In this document: positions 55,496-64,000 of the stretch, one piece after another | Position numbering within the stretch: the stretch's first letter is position 1 | Layout: every line of letters begins with the position of its first letter | DNA from: an uncultured bacterium | GTDB taxonomy: Bacteria; Patescibacteriota; Saccharimonadia; UBA4664 | Reading direction: 5' to 3' | Assembly (NCBI GenBank): GCA_963720265.1 | Contig: CAVRET010000002.1 | Coordinates: forward strand, 1,006,069-1,070,068 | DNA: 64,000 bases | Notes under the pieces: generated by a model | The model's database searches: none | Told to the model about the DNA's origin: nothing | The model's input: the letters and a program-made list of their open reading frames with translations, nothing else | Program-made: the position numbers and the translations under genes

Positions 55496-56095
55496 ATGGA
55501 CGATCCGGTACTGGACGATTTGGCAGTCAATCTGCTGGCGGCTATGCCGCCGGCACCGGGAATGCTGCTTGGAAAAATTTGGTCTGACCACACCGCGCAG
55601 CACGGCGTCCCATCACCCGAGACGTCCGAAGCCCAAGTCACCCCTGCTATGAGCCTCCTGCGGGCGGGCCTGGTTACGGTCAACGGTGCAGGTCCGCTAT
55701 GGGCCGTGACCGAAGCCGGTGGGCTTTTCTGCCTGGTTCTCAGCCGACCGTGGGTCGCGGTGCGCAGCCTCGAGCCGCAGCCACTGAGCAAAAAGCGGAA
55801 AGCCATCCATAGATGGATCGGGGTGATTGACCGACTCGTCGCAAACGGCAGCCAACTCATACTCACTATTAGGTGGGTGCTCAAGAACGATCAGCCCGCG
55901 CCCGACGTCATCGAAGAGATACGTGTAGTTGAGCTGACTCAGCGCAAGGTTTCCGCGGTCGCAGGCGACGACCACGCAATGAATCTGCCGCTGGGCGCAA
56001 CCGGCAACGATTTTGAAGTATCCGCGCCGGGAGGCGAGGTCGCCGCTCTGCTGACCGAAGCCGGCTTTGACCTCAGGTCGGCCGGCGCTAGATGA
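55496..56095 (+). CDS. Hypothetical protein
   Basis: GGAG RBS before MDDPVL; the longer ORF-track start overlaps paralog 2. Confidence 0.55.
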   Translation: MDDPVLDDLAVNLLAAMPPAPGMLLGKIWSDHTAQHGVPSPETSEAQVTPAMSLLRAGLVTVNGAGPLWAVTEAGGLFCLVLSRPWVAVRSLEPQPLSKKRKAIHRWIGVIDRLVANGSQLILTIRWVLKNDQPAPDVIEEIRVVELTQRKVSAVAGDDHAMNLPLGATGNDFEVSAPGGEVAALLTEAGFDLRSAGAR

Positions 56096-56270
56096 AGGCG
56101 AGCACGCATGCGTTCGCAATGGCGGCCGGGACAAGCGAAACCCGGCCGCCTGGGGCCGGGGATTATCCCCCGGTTCCAAACCTGGAATTATTACTCACAT
56201 AGGTGTTGTAAAAACTGCTTGACGCCGGTTTATATAGCGGTTACGCTTAAAAAGACCTCATTAAAAAGTT

Positions 56271-57401
56271 GTGGAGAGAAGAGTGAAGAGAATTAGCCGT
56301 GCGGCTGAAGCCCTTGGGGTACCAACAGCCAGACAGTTCCGGGGGACGCTAGCGAAAATCCTAGCGTTTGTGCTTGCGTTTGTAAGTATTGGTTTGGCGC
56401 CTGGCCTGGCCAGTGCTGCGACGCTAAATACTGCTTCGGTCGCGCTCAGCGACCCGACGCCTAGTCAAACCGGTGTAAGTTACACCTTCACTGGCTCTGG
56501 TGTCACAACCAGCACGCCTATTAAATGCATTACCGTCCAATTCACCACCACTGCCGGTGGTTCAACCCTGCCCGGCAGCATGGGGATTACGGCTACCTCG
56601 CTCGATGCGTCGAGTAACTTTGTTCCGACCCCGAGCGGATTTGGCTCAGCCTCAAACCCCAACGGTTACACCGTGCAGTTCACCGACAGCTCCGGTGAGA
56701 CTCCGGCATCGAGCTCGGCCAGAACTTTGGAGCTTGACGGCATCACCAACGGCAGTACCGGTAACGTCGGCTACTACGAAACTGTATCCACGTTTTCAGA
56801 CACCGGCTGTTCCACCCCGATCGACAACGCTATGGTCCAGTTCATCTATAACCAGGGCTCGACCCTCTCGCTGACAGTCAACAATACACTGAGCTTCTCG
56901 GTCAATGCCGTGGCGGCTAGCCAAGGTTGCGATGGAACCACGACCACCCAAGCGTCCACAGCGACCACCATCCCGTTCGGCACCGTGACAGCCGCCGCCA
57001 ACGGTGTCGTCTGCCAGGATCTCACCGCTGCGAGCAATGCCACGAATGGATATACGATTTACACTCGTTACACCGCGCCACCAACTAACGCCCTGAACCA
57101 AACTATCCTACCTTGGACCGGCACCAACACAACGCCAACCACCTTCTCGGCACCCGGCACCGAGGCCTATGGCTACTCAACCAATGACGCAACGCTTGGC
57201 ACCGGCACCGCCAACCGGTTCGACAACAGCGGTAACTTCTACTGGGCCGCAGAAACCACCTCCAATGCTGAAGTTGCGTACGAGCCAAACGGCGTCACGA
57301 GCACCACATACCGCATCGGTCACCAGGTAGGCATCTCTCTCACCACGCACCCGGGCACCTACACGACGACCGTGATCTACACTTGCACCCCGATCTACTA
57401 A
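56271..57401 (+). CDS. WxL-like secreted subunit, paralog 3
   Basis: ATLNTASVALSDP...PGTYTTTVIYTCTPIY. Confidence 0.75.
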   Translation: MERRVKRISRAAEALGVPTARQFRGTLAKILAFVLAFVSIGLAPGLASAATLNTASVALSDPTPSQTGVSYTFTGSGVTTSTPIKCITVQFTTTAGGSTLPGSMGITATSLDASSNFVPTPSGFGSASNPNGYTVQFTDSSGETPASSSARTLELDGITNGSTGNVGYYETVSTFSDTGCSTPIDNAMVQFIYNQGSTLSLTVNNTLSFSVNAVAASQGCDGTTTTQASTATTIPFGTVTAAANGVVCQDLTAASNATNGYTIYTRYTAPPTNALNQTILPWTGTNTTPTTFSAPGTEAYGYSTNDATLGTGTANRFDNSGNFYWAAETTSNAEVAYEPNGVTSTTYRIGHQVGISLTTHPGTYTTTVIYTCTPIY

Positions 57402-57422
57402 TCCGGTAAGCTAAACTACATC

Positions 57423-58397
57423 ATGATACGCGCAGCCATTTACCGCCGCTTGCCCCTCGTCGCAGGCGGCGTAATGGTGCTTACAAGCCTCCTGGTACCA
57501 ATGTTCGCCGCCGCTGCCAATACAGCCCAAGCTCCATCGAGCAGTGCCGCCACTCAAGGTTTCCAAATCTCGCCGCCCATCACCACGCTCAATATGAACC
57601 GCGGTACCAGCACCCAGGGCAACATGAAGGTGACGAACCTCACTGCCGGGACCCTCACGCTGGCGGTCTCCAAGGAGAATTTCGTTGCCCAAGGTGAAGA
57701 GGGCCAGGTCGCTCTTACCGACAACGCCGATCCACTTTATTCCTTGGCGCCGTACTTCACGCTTAGTACGAGCCAAGTAACGGTCGCACCAACCGCCACC
57801 GCCCAGGTAAACTACACCATTAGTGTGCCGCTCAACGCCGAGCCCGGCGGCCGCTACGGCTCGATCACGTTTACGTCTATCCCGGCGGCTCTGCCCAGCG
57901 GCCAGTCCGGCGCGGCCGTACGCCAACAATTGGCTGGGCTCATATTGCTGCGCATCAACGGCCCCACCCACGAGCAATTATCGATCGCCACATTCAAGAC
58001 CGACAAATCGTTTTACGAATACGGGCCGGTTACCTTTACCACCCGCGTGCAAAACGAGGGCAATGTGCACGAAAAGCCGTCAGGCCAAATCGTGGTAAAA
58101 AACATCCTTGGCGTGACCACTGACAAACTCGCCCTTGAGCAGCAATATGTGCTGCCCGGTGCGGTCCGTCGCCTCACCACCAAGCTTAACCGCCACTTCA
58201 TGTTTGGTCCCTATACCGCCACACTCACGCTGCACAATGGCACGATTCAAACCATCACCGCCAAGGCCAGCTTTACCGTCCTGCCCTACAAGCTGATCAT
58301 CCTGGTGGTGATCATTCTGCTCATCCTATTCCTGATCTTCTGGAAAGGCCGCCACCGCCTGGGCCGCGCCTTCAGGATCTTAAGCGGCCGCGAATAG
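57423..58397 (+). CDS. DUF916/WxLIP-like membrane-anchored Ig-fold partner protein
   Basis: Signal; ISPP...VTN...VP.NAEPGGRYG.I; NEGNVH.KP.G; VLPG..R; GPYTA; C-terminal TM with a basic tail. Confidence 0.75.
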   Translation: MIRAAIYRRLPLVAGGVMVLTSLLVPMFAAAANTAQAPSSSAATQGFQISPPITTLNMNRGTSTQGNMKVTNLTAGTLTLAVSKENFVAQGEEGQVALTDNADPLYSLAPYFTLSTSQVTVAPTATAQVNYTISVPLNAEPGGRYGSITFTSIPAALPSGQSGAAVRQQLAGLILLRINGPTHEQLSIATFKTDKSFYEYGPVTFTTRVQNEGNVHEKPSGQIVVKNILGVTTDKLALEQQYVLPGAVRRLTTKLNRHFMFGPYTATLTLHNGTIQTITAKASFTVLPYKLIILVVIILLILFLIFWKGRHRLGRAFRILSGRE

Positions 58398-58415
58398 CCT
58401 GCTATAATTACGCTA

Positions 58416-59762
58416 ATGGTTGTGAGTATACGTCAGCTCGGGTTGGCTTTGGCCGTTGTCGTGGTATTGTTGCCGTCGGCTGCGGCCGCTGATTTACTCC
58501 AAAGTACCCACTATCGTCTTGACCCCGATGTGGCCGATAATTTCGGCGGCACCGGCAGCTCGACTGATTATGGCCTCACCGATGCCGGCGGCGAGGCGGT
58601 CGTGAGCGCCGGCGCAAGCCAAAGCTACATGCTTTCCCAAGGTTACGTAGCATCGCTGCCGCAAAGCATTTCGCTCACGGTCCTACCCTCCGGCACCGAG
58701 GCCTATTATCCGCTCGACACCGGCACCGGCGACCGGGCCTACGACATGAGTGCCAATTCCAACGATGGCGCACTTACCGGTAACCCCAGCTGGATCACCG
58801 GCCAGGTCGGCGACGCACTGAGTTTTAACGGTTCCAGCCAGTACGTCACCATCCCCGATAACTCCAGTCTCGACCAAACCGGCGATCTTACCATCGAAGC
58901 TTGGGTTAATCTCGCAAATTACACCAACACCAACGAAATCGTAGCCAAAACCGTAGGCTCCGGCAGCACCAATACCACATACGACTTGCGTACCCAAGCC
59001 GGCACCGGCGATCTGCAATTTCTTGGCTATGATTCGGCACTACGCACGGTCACCTCCACCGTACCGGTCGGCACCGGCGGCTGGCACCAGGTGGCCGTTA
59101 CCAAAACCGGCGGCACCGCTACGCTCTACATCGACGGCCTAGTGGAAGGACAGGGGAGCGTCGGCACCACCACCACCAATACCAGTAATCTAAAACTCGG
59201 TGCTCGCGACGACCTTAATGCCTCGAACTTCTTAAACGGCGACATTGACGAAGTGCGGATCTACGACCGAGCGCTGTCAGCAGCCGAAATCTCAGGCGAT
59301 TATGCCGCAGGCGTTGCCGGCCTCGAGTTCGCGCAAACCATGCCGAACGTCAACCCCGGTACGTCGTCCACCTATGGCACCGACTGCGTCGTGCGGACCG
59401 ACGCCGGTGGCTACGACCTCTACATTCAAGAGCCCAATTTGCTTACCCACACTGACGGCCACACCACCATTCCGGCCATCTCATCAACCATTGCCTCTCC
59501 CGCAGCCTGGGTGCAAGGCACCACTCAAGGCTTTGGCTTCACGGTCGTAAACGGCACCCAAGTTGAAGCCAAATGGGGAACCAACCCGAATTACGACTAT
59601 GCTGCAGTACCCGCAACCTCCACCGATTTCCACTCTCGTGACGGCTTCACCGGCGGCACGCCCGAAACCACCAGTCTGCAGTTCCGGGCCGATACCTCCA
59701 CCAGCCAAAAATCCGGCACCTACTCAGCCACTATCATCTACACGGCGACGCTCAAACCGTGA
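58416..59762 (+). CDS. LamG/concanavalin-like domain inserted in a WxL-like subunit (putative adhesin)
   Basis: LQSTHYRL; LamG motifs (ALSFNG, TIEAWV, WHQVAVT, GDIDEVRIYDRALS); C-terminal SGTYSATIIYTATLKP. Confidence 0.8.
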   Translation: MVVSIRQLGLALAVVVVLLPSAAAADLLQSTHYRLDPDVADNFGGTGSSTDYGLTDAGGEAVVSAGASQSYMLSQGYVASLPQSISLTVLPSGTEAYYPLDTGTGDRAYDMSANSNDGALTGNPSWITGQVGDALSFNGSSQYVTIPDNSSLDQTGDLTIEAWVNLANYTNTNEIVAKTVGSGSTNTTYDLRTQAGTGDLQFLGYDSALRTVTSTVPVGTGGWHQVAVTKTGGTATLYIDGLVEGQGSVGTTTTNTSNLKLGARDDLNASNFLNGDIDEVRIYDRALSAAEISGDYAAGVAGLEFAQTMPNVNPGTSSTYGTDCVVRTDAGGYDLYIQEPNLLTHTDGHTTIPAISSTIASPAAWVQGTTQGFGFTVVNGTQVEAKWGTNPNYDYAAVPATSTDFHSRDGFTGGTPETTSLQFRADTSTSQKSGTYSATIIYTATLKP

Positions 59763-61393
59763 CCACGCGGCATGTGCTCATGGGTCTCGGCATTACGGCC
59801 GGCTTAGGGCTAAGTCTGGCCGTTGCTCCTGCCGCCAGGGCCAGCACACCCGGCTTGCAGGTTAACCCGCTTGAGTACCAGAGCACACTCAAAGGCACTG
59901 ACATCGAAAGCGGCTTCATCGACGTCGCCAATCCCGGCGACACCAGCATCAACGTGGTCTCAAACGTTGAAGGGTTCCGCCAGGCTGACCTCGCCGGCGA
60001 TCTCGCCTTCTTTAATAGCACCCCGCTAAATCAGGGCATCGTGGTTGGCTTGCCGCAATTTAGCCTCGGCCCTCGTCAGGCCATACGCGTCAGCTTTTCC
60101 GTTGACCCTAGTCGGCTGCCCAAGGGCGGCGTCTATGCCGTGATTTTCTTCCGCACCGTACCACCGAACCAATCCAGCTCCAGCTCATTCATTGCCGAAT
60201 CGGCCAATGTCGGCACGCTGCTGTTGCTCCAAAACGGGCCGGCCCAAAAAACCGGCCGCATCAAACAGCTGAATCTTGGCTTTTGGCAGCTCGGGAGTGG
60301 CATTTCAGGCTCCGGTGAGTACGGGAACACCGGCGGAGATACAGCAGCGGCCGTGAAACCCGTTATTACCAGCCACGTTTGGCCGTGGGGCCGCGCCACC
60401 CGTTTCACCGGGCCCTTGGTATTGCCGGGATCCACGCGCGCGTTTAGCTTCAGTCGGCCAGGCTCGTACGCAGGTCTCTTGCCCGTCACCCTCATTGACC
60501 CCACCACCGGCGCCGCTACCACGCGCTGGGTCGTCGCCTGCACCGGCGGGTACGCCTTTGCCCTGCTTATCGCTGTAATCCTCGCACTGTTCTGGCTCGT
60601 CTACCACCTCACGCGCCGGGCCAAAACCGGCACCACCGCTGCAAAGCCCGTGGTGGGGTTCGCAGTCGGGCACGTCTACAAGCAAGCCTTGCGCCGCCAA
60701 AAGGCGCTTGGTTACCGCCTCAGTCTCAAAGACAGCCCGCCCGGCTGGATCGACACGCTCATGCTAGCTGACATGACGAAAACCTTCCGGGCTGCTAGCC
60801 TGCCGGTCTCAGGCCTCAACTACTTTACACTCGGCTCAGTCGAATATGGCCACTCCGCCCGCTTCAACCCCGACAACCCGCACTATCAGGCCTGGCTCGG
60901 CGGTTACCTTGTGCATTTTGACCAAAAACCAGATTGGACCCCGCAAGACTACTTCAAATTGCCCGAGGCCGACCAAATCAAATGGCTGCACCACTTTGGG
61001 GACCCCAACCCGGTCATGCAATTCGAGCACATTGGCGACCCTGAGCTCATCAAAAATGGCGACTTTACCGGCCGCCTGCACCTCTGGACCGGCACCACGC
61101 ATGCTGATATCGGCCCGGGCAACCGTAGCTTCCACACCCGCACCTACATGGAGGGCATGGCGCACGTCATGAACCAAACCCACCCCGGCCTCGGGCTCAA
61201 AGGCAAGAATTTCATCCCCGGCCCCAGCGATGCAGCCTATGAGCCGCTTAAGCTGGCCGGCTACCTGGCCATTTTCGAGCTCGAGCCAAACCTCGCCGCC
61301 GTCCTCTACGTCTGCGGCACCGGCGAGTTAGTGAAAAACTTGCGTGCGCTGGAGCAGTTGCTCAAAGACCACTTGGTGCTGGAAAAGAACTAG
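59759..61393 (+). CDS. Second DUF916-like protein fused to an extra cytoplasmic domain
   Basis: LQVNPL...GF.DV.NP...GG.YA.IFF, then a TM and ~250 aa of unknown domain. Confidence 0.65.
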   Translation: MTTRHVLMGLGITAGLGLSLAVAPAARASTPGLQVNPLEYQSTLKGTDIESGFIDVANPGDTSINVVSNVEGFRQADLAGDLAFFNSTPLNQGIVVGLPQFSLGPRQAIRVSFSVDPSRLPKGGVYAVIFFRTVPPNQSSSSSFIAESANVGTLLLLQNGPAQKTGRIKQLNLGFWQLGSGISGSGEYGNTGGDTAAAVKPVITSHVWPWGRATRFTGPLVLPGSTRAFSFSRPGSYAGLLPVTLIDPTTGAATTRWVVACTGGYAFALLIAVILALFWLVYHLTRRAKTGTTAAKPVVGFAVGHVYKQALRRQKALGYRLSLKDSPPGWIDTLMLADMTKTFRAASLPVSGLNYFTLGSVEYGHSARFNPDNPHYQAWLGGYLVHFDQKPDWTPQDYFKLPEADQIKWLHHFGDPNPVMQFEHIGDPELIKNGDFTGRLHLWTGTTHADIGPGNRSFHTRTYMEGMAHVMNQTHPGLGLKGKNFIPGPSDAAYEPLKLAGYLAIFELEPNLAAVLYVCGTGELVKNLRALEQLLKDHLVLEKN

Positions 61394-61489
61394 CTCTCAG
61401 CCCTCGCTCAATGTTGTAGAAATTACCGCCACAAATCTTGCCTATACCATAAGCGTAATGCTAAAATGCTTATGTAAGTCAGGTTGTGA

Positions 61490-64000
61490 ATGGGGCTAGG
61501 CCGCAAGCTTCGAGTTCAAGGCATTGTACTCGTAGCCGCCGGTCTCCAAATCCTAACAGCCCTCTTTGCCGTCTCGATTTTAGTGACGCCCACCGCCACC
61601 TCGGCGGTCAACCAAACCATCCCCTATCTCATCAATTTCCAGGGCCGCCTCACCGACAACAACGGCAACGTCCTGCCCGACGGCAGCTACAACATCAAGT
61701 TCCGCATTTTCAACGCCTCAACCGGTGGCACCAACGAATGGGAAGCCGACCGCGTCTACGGCACCTCGGACCACCGCGTCACAGTTGAAAATGGCCTCTT
61801 CAACATCCAATTCGGCGACACCTCGCAAGGGGACCCAACACTTTCGCCGAGCCTGTTTTCCGGCACCTACCCGCTCTACCTCGAGGTAGAGCTACCTACC
61901 CCAGCCTCCGCCACCTGCGCTTCAAACGGCTGCGCGGTCTGGACCGAAGGCGCCATGACTCCGCGCCAATCACTCGCAAGCAGTCCCTATGCTTTCAACG
62001 CCGACACCCTCGACGGCATTGATTCCACCGCCTTTGGCCAACTTTCCACCGCCAATTCCTGGACCGCCGCCAACTCATTTACGCCCAGCTCCGGCGTTGC
62101 CATCACACTTACCCCGGCCGCCTCCACCGACTCACTCGACGTCAAAAACTCCAGCGGTGCCACCCAAGCCTACTTCGATTCGAACGGCATCCTAAACGTC
62201 GGCCAAACCATCCAAGACACAACTACCACGGTCGACCTTGGCACCTCGGCCAACCCGTTCCGCAGCGGCTACTTTGGCACCAGCGTCCAAACCCCGGCCT
62301 TAAATGCCACGTCTTCCGGTGGCACCATCACCACCAATGCCGGCACCATCCAAAACTCGACCTCATCCACCGGCATGACCATCGACCTCAAGAGCTCGTC
62401 CAACACCACGCTCACCGTCACCAACTCCGGCACCGGCACGGCCGGAGTCAGCGTCGAAGGCGGCCTCACCATTGGCACCGGCCAAACCTACGATGTTGGC
62501 TCCAGTACGGGCGAAGGAGTCACCTGCTCGTCCGGCCAAATCCTTAACGCTATCGCCGTCACCGGCGGCGTGGTTACAAGCGGTTCCTGCGTTGCTGCCG
62601 GCGGCGGCGATCAAATGATAGGCGAGTGGAGTTCCGCAACGGCAGGTGCAACTACGAATCAACTAACCACGGTCCAGTTTACTGGCGCAGCCAATTCCAC
62701 TCCAAGCTTCAGCAACAGCCTGCACACCCTCACACTTCCATCCAACGCTTCTCGGATTGTGGTCGAAACCAAAGGGGCGGGCGGCGGTGGCGGTAGCACA
62801 GGCAGTGCCACGGCTTACTTGGGCGGCGGCGGCGGCGGCGAGGGTGGCTACTCCAAAGTCTCAATTACCAACAGCCTGGCTACAAACTACTACTTCAACA
62901 TCGGTGCGAGCGGTTCCGGCGGCGCTGGTAGTCTCGCGGCCGGCCAAAACGGTTCGCCCGGCGGCAATACTTGTTTCGGGACGAACTCATCTAATGCCTG
63001 CACCACCCCGAGCGCCGAAGCCCTCGGTGGTTCCGGTGGCGCCCTTTCTGACACTGCCGGTGCCAAGGCTGGTGGCGCGGGCGGCACTACATCCGGTGCG
63101 TCCGGCGATGTCACCACTGGTGGAGCTCCCGGCTGCAACTCTACTGGCGTGGCCAACGCCGCCCAAAGTGGTTGTGGCGGCGGTCAAGGTGGAGGCGTTG
63201 GGATTGCTTCAGTAACAGCCGTCGGCAACAATGGCGTAAACGGCGGTGGTGGTAGTGGAGCCATGGGTGAAGATGTTGCAACCACGGAGAAGGCGGGCGG
63301 CGCGGGCGGCGCCGGCTATGTTACCGTCACCGTCTACGTAACGGTTGCCGGCACCGGCAACCCGGCCACGCTACAGTCGTCGTACAGTAACGACACGGGC
63401 TCCGACGACATTACGCTCAGCTCCAGTCACCCTCTCATTGTGCGCGATAATTCCACGCCACTCGGCACGAACCTGTTCGAAGTCCAAGACAACGCTGGTG
63501 CCAACAACTACTTTGCGGTCTCAAGCTCCGGCATCTCCACCAACGGCACGGCTACGGCCGCCACCGTTAATGCCACCTCGGGCTATCAAGCCAACGGCAC
63601 GGCCGGCACCGGTGTAGCCTGCGGCGCCGGCACGGTCAACGAAGCCGCGACTTACACCGAAGGCTTACTCACTACGGCCGGCACCTGCACCGCCGTGCAA
63701 GCCGCGGGTAATTACATCGTGCAAGCGCCGGTTGGTACGGCCAACACTATTACCGCGGCCAGTGGCGCGCAAGACCTCGTATTAAAGGGTACCAACGGCA
63801 CCGGAACCGACCTGCTCGACATCTACAACACGGCTGTTTCCCCCGTGCTTACCAGTTACTTCGATAACAACGGTGCGTTCCACACGACTACTGCCATTTC
63901 AGCTCCGACATCAACGAACACCATTAATAGCCTCATTATTAATGGTGGTGCGGTGTCCGGCGTCACCGGCTACACGCAAGGCTCCGGCAGCTTCAGCGAC
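61490..64000 (+). CDS. Giant surface/tail-fibre-like protein (3' end outside window; absent from ORF track)
   Basis: MGLGRKLRVQG...signal, INFQGRLTDNNG..LPDGSYNIKFRIF, NGLFNIQFG, SSPYAFNADTLDG, then a Gly-rich domain. No stop in the parts of the frame I read. Confidence 0.85.
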   Translation, partial: MGLGRKLRVQGIVLVAAGLQILTALFAVSILVTPTATSAVNQTIPYLINFQGRLTDNNGNVLPDGSYNIKFRIFNASTGGTNEWEADRVYGTSDHRVTVENGLFNIQFGDTSQGDPTLSPSLFSGTYPLYLEVELPTPASATCASNGCAVWTEGAMTPRQSLASSPYAFNADTLDGIDSTAFGQLSTANSWTAANSFTPSSGVAITLTPAASTDSLDVKNSSGATQAYFDSNGILNVGQTIQDTTTTVDLGTSANPFRSGYFGTSVQTPALNATSSGGTITTNAGTIQNSTSSTGMTIDLKSSSNTTLTVTNSGTGTAGVSVEGGLTIGTGQTYDVGSSTGEGVTCSSGQILNAIAVTGGVVTSGSCVAAGGGDQMIGEWSSATAGATTNQLTTVQFTGAANSTPSFSNSLHTLTLPSNASRIVVETKGAGGGGGSTGSATAYLGGGGGGEGGYSKVSITNSLATNYYFNIGASGSGGAGSLAAGQNGSPGGNTCFGTNSSNACTTPSAEALGGSGGALSDTAGAKAGGAGGTTSGASGDVTTGGAPGCNSTGVANAAQSGCGGGQGGGVGIASVTAVGNNGVNGGGGSGAMGEDVATTEKAGGAGGAGYVTVTVYVTVAGTGNPATLQSSYSNDTGSDDITLSSSHPLIVRDNSTPLGTNLFEVQDNAGANNYFAVSSSGISTNGTATAATVNATSGYQANGTAGTGVACGAGTVNEAATYTEGLLTTAGTCTAVQAAGNYIVQAPVGTANTITAASGAQDLVLKGTNGTGTDLLDIYNTAVSPVLTSYFDNNGAFHTTTAISAPTSTNTINSLIINGGAVSGVTGYTQGSGSFSD

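Noticed and set aside
52491-57401. Diversity-generating retroelement or shufflon explanation for the paralog repeats
   Set aside because: Differences between copies are largely synonymous and not adenine-specific, all copies are full genes in one orientation, and no reverse transcriptase or invertase is present.

Overview
About 64 kb of an accessory-rich bacterial chromosome. Gene content points to Patescibacteria/CPR, most likely Saccharimonadia (inference from the pilin/VirB6/PrgI/VirB4/CHAP cluster, an INFQGRLT-type giant surface protein, an HHTSY motif and many apparently leaderless genes). Layout: 1-15.6 kb surface-glycan loci, including an LPxTG microprotein and an apparently inactive sortase; 16-21 kb ECF sigma, TetR-MFS and actinobacteria-like ORFs; 22-29.3 kb small cargo cassettes (TA modules, PLD protein, lectins) separated by a recurring degenerate tRNA-Gln-3'-like motif, TGGCTGGGG...GAAC; 29.4-34.5 kb T4SS-like cluster; 37.1-39.4 kb an IS1595-family transposon with an 8-bp TSD carrying a proteasome-beta-like gene; 40-49 kb more TA modules, an IS5 and a Cys-rich protein; two candidate structured ncRNAs (44.1 and 50.2 kb); 50.5-64 kb a WxL/DUF916-like surface-fibre locus and a giant surface protein that runs off the window. 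Best novelty candidates are the stacked att-site cassette array, the protease-carrying transposon, the LPxTG-microprotein/pseudo-sortase glycan locus and the 50.2-kb ncRNA. All family assignments come from motif recognition by eye; no searches were run. No intact tRNA, rRNA or CRISPR array was seen.
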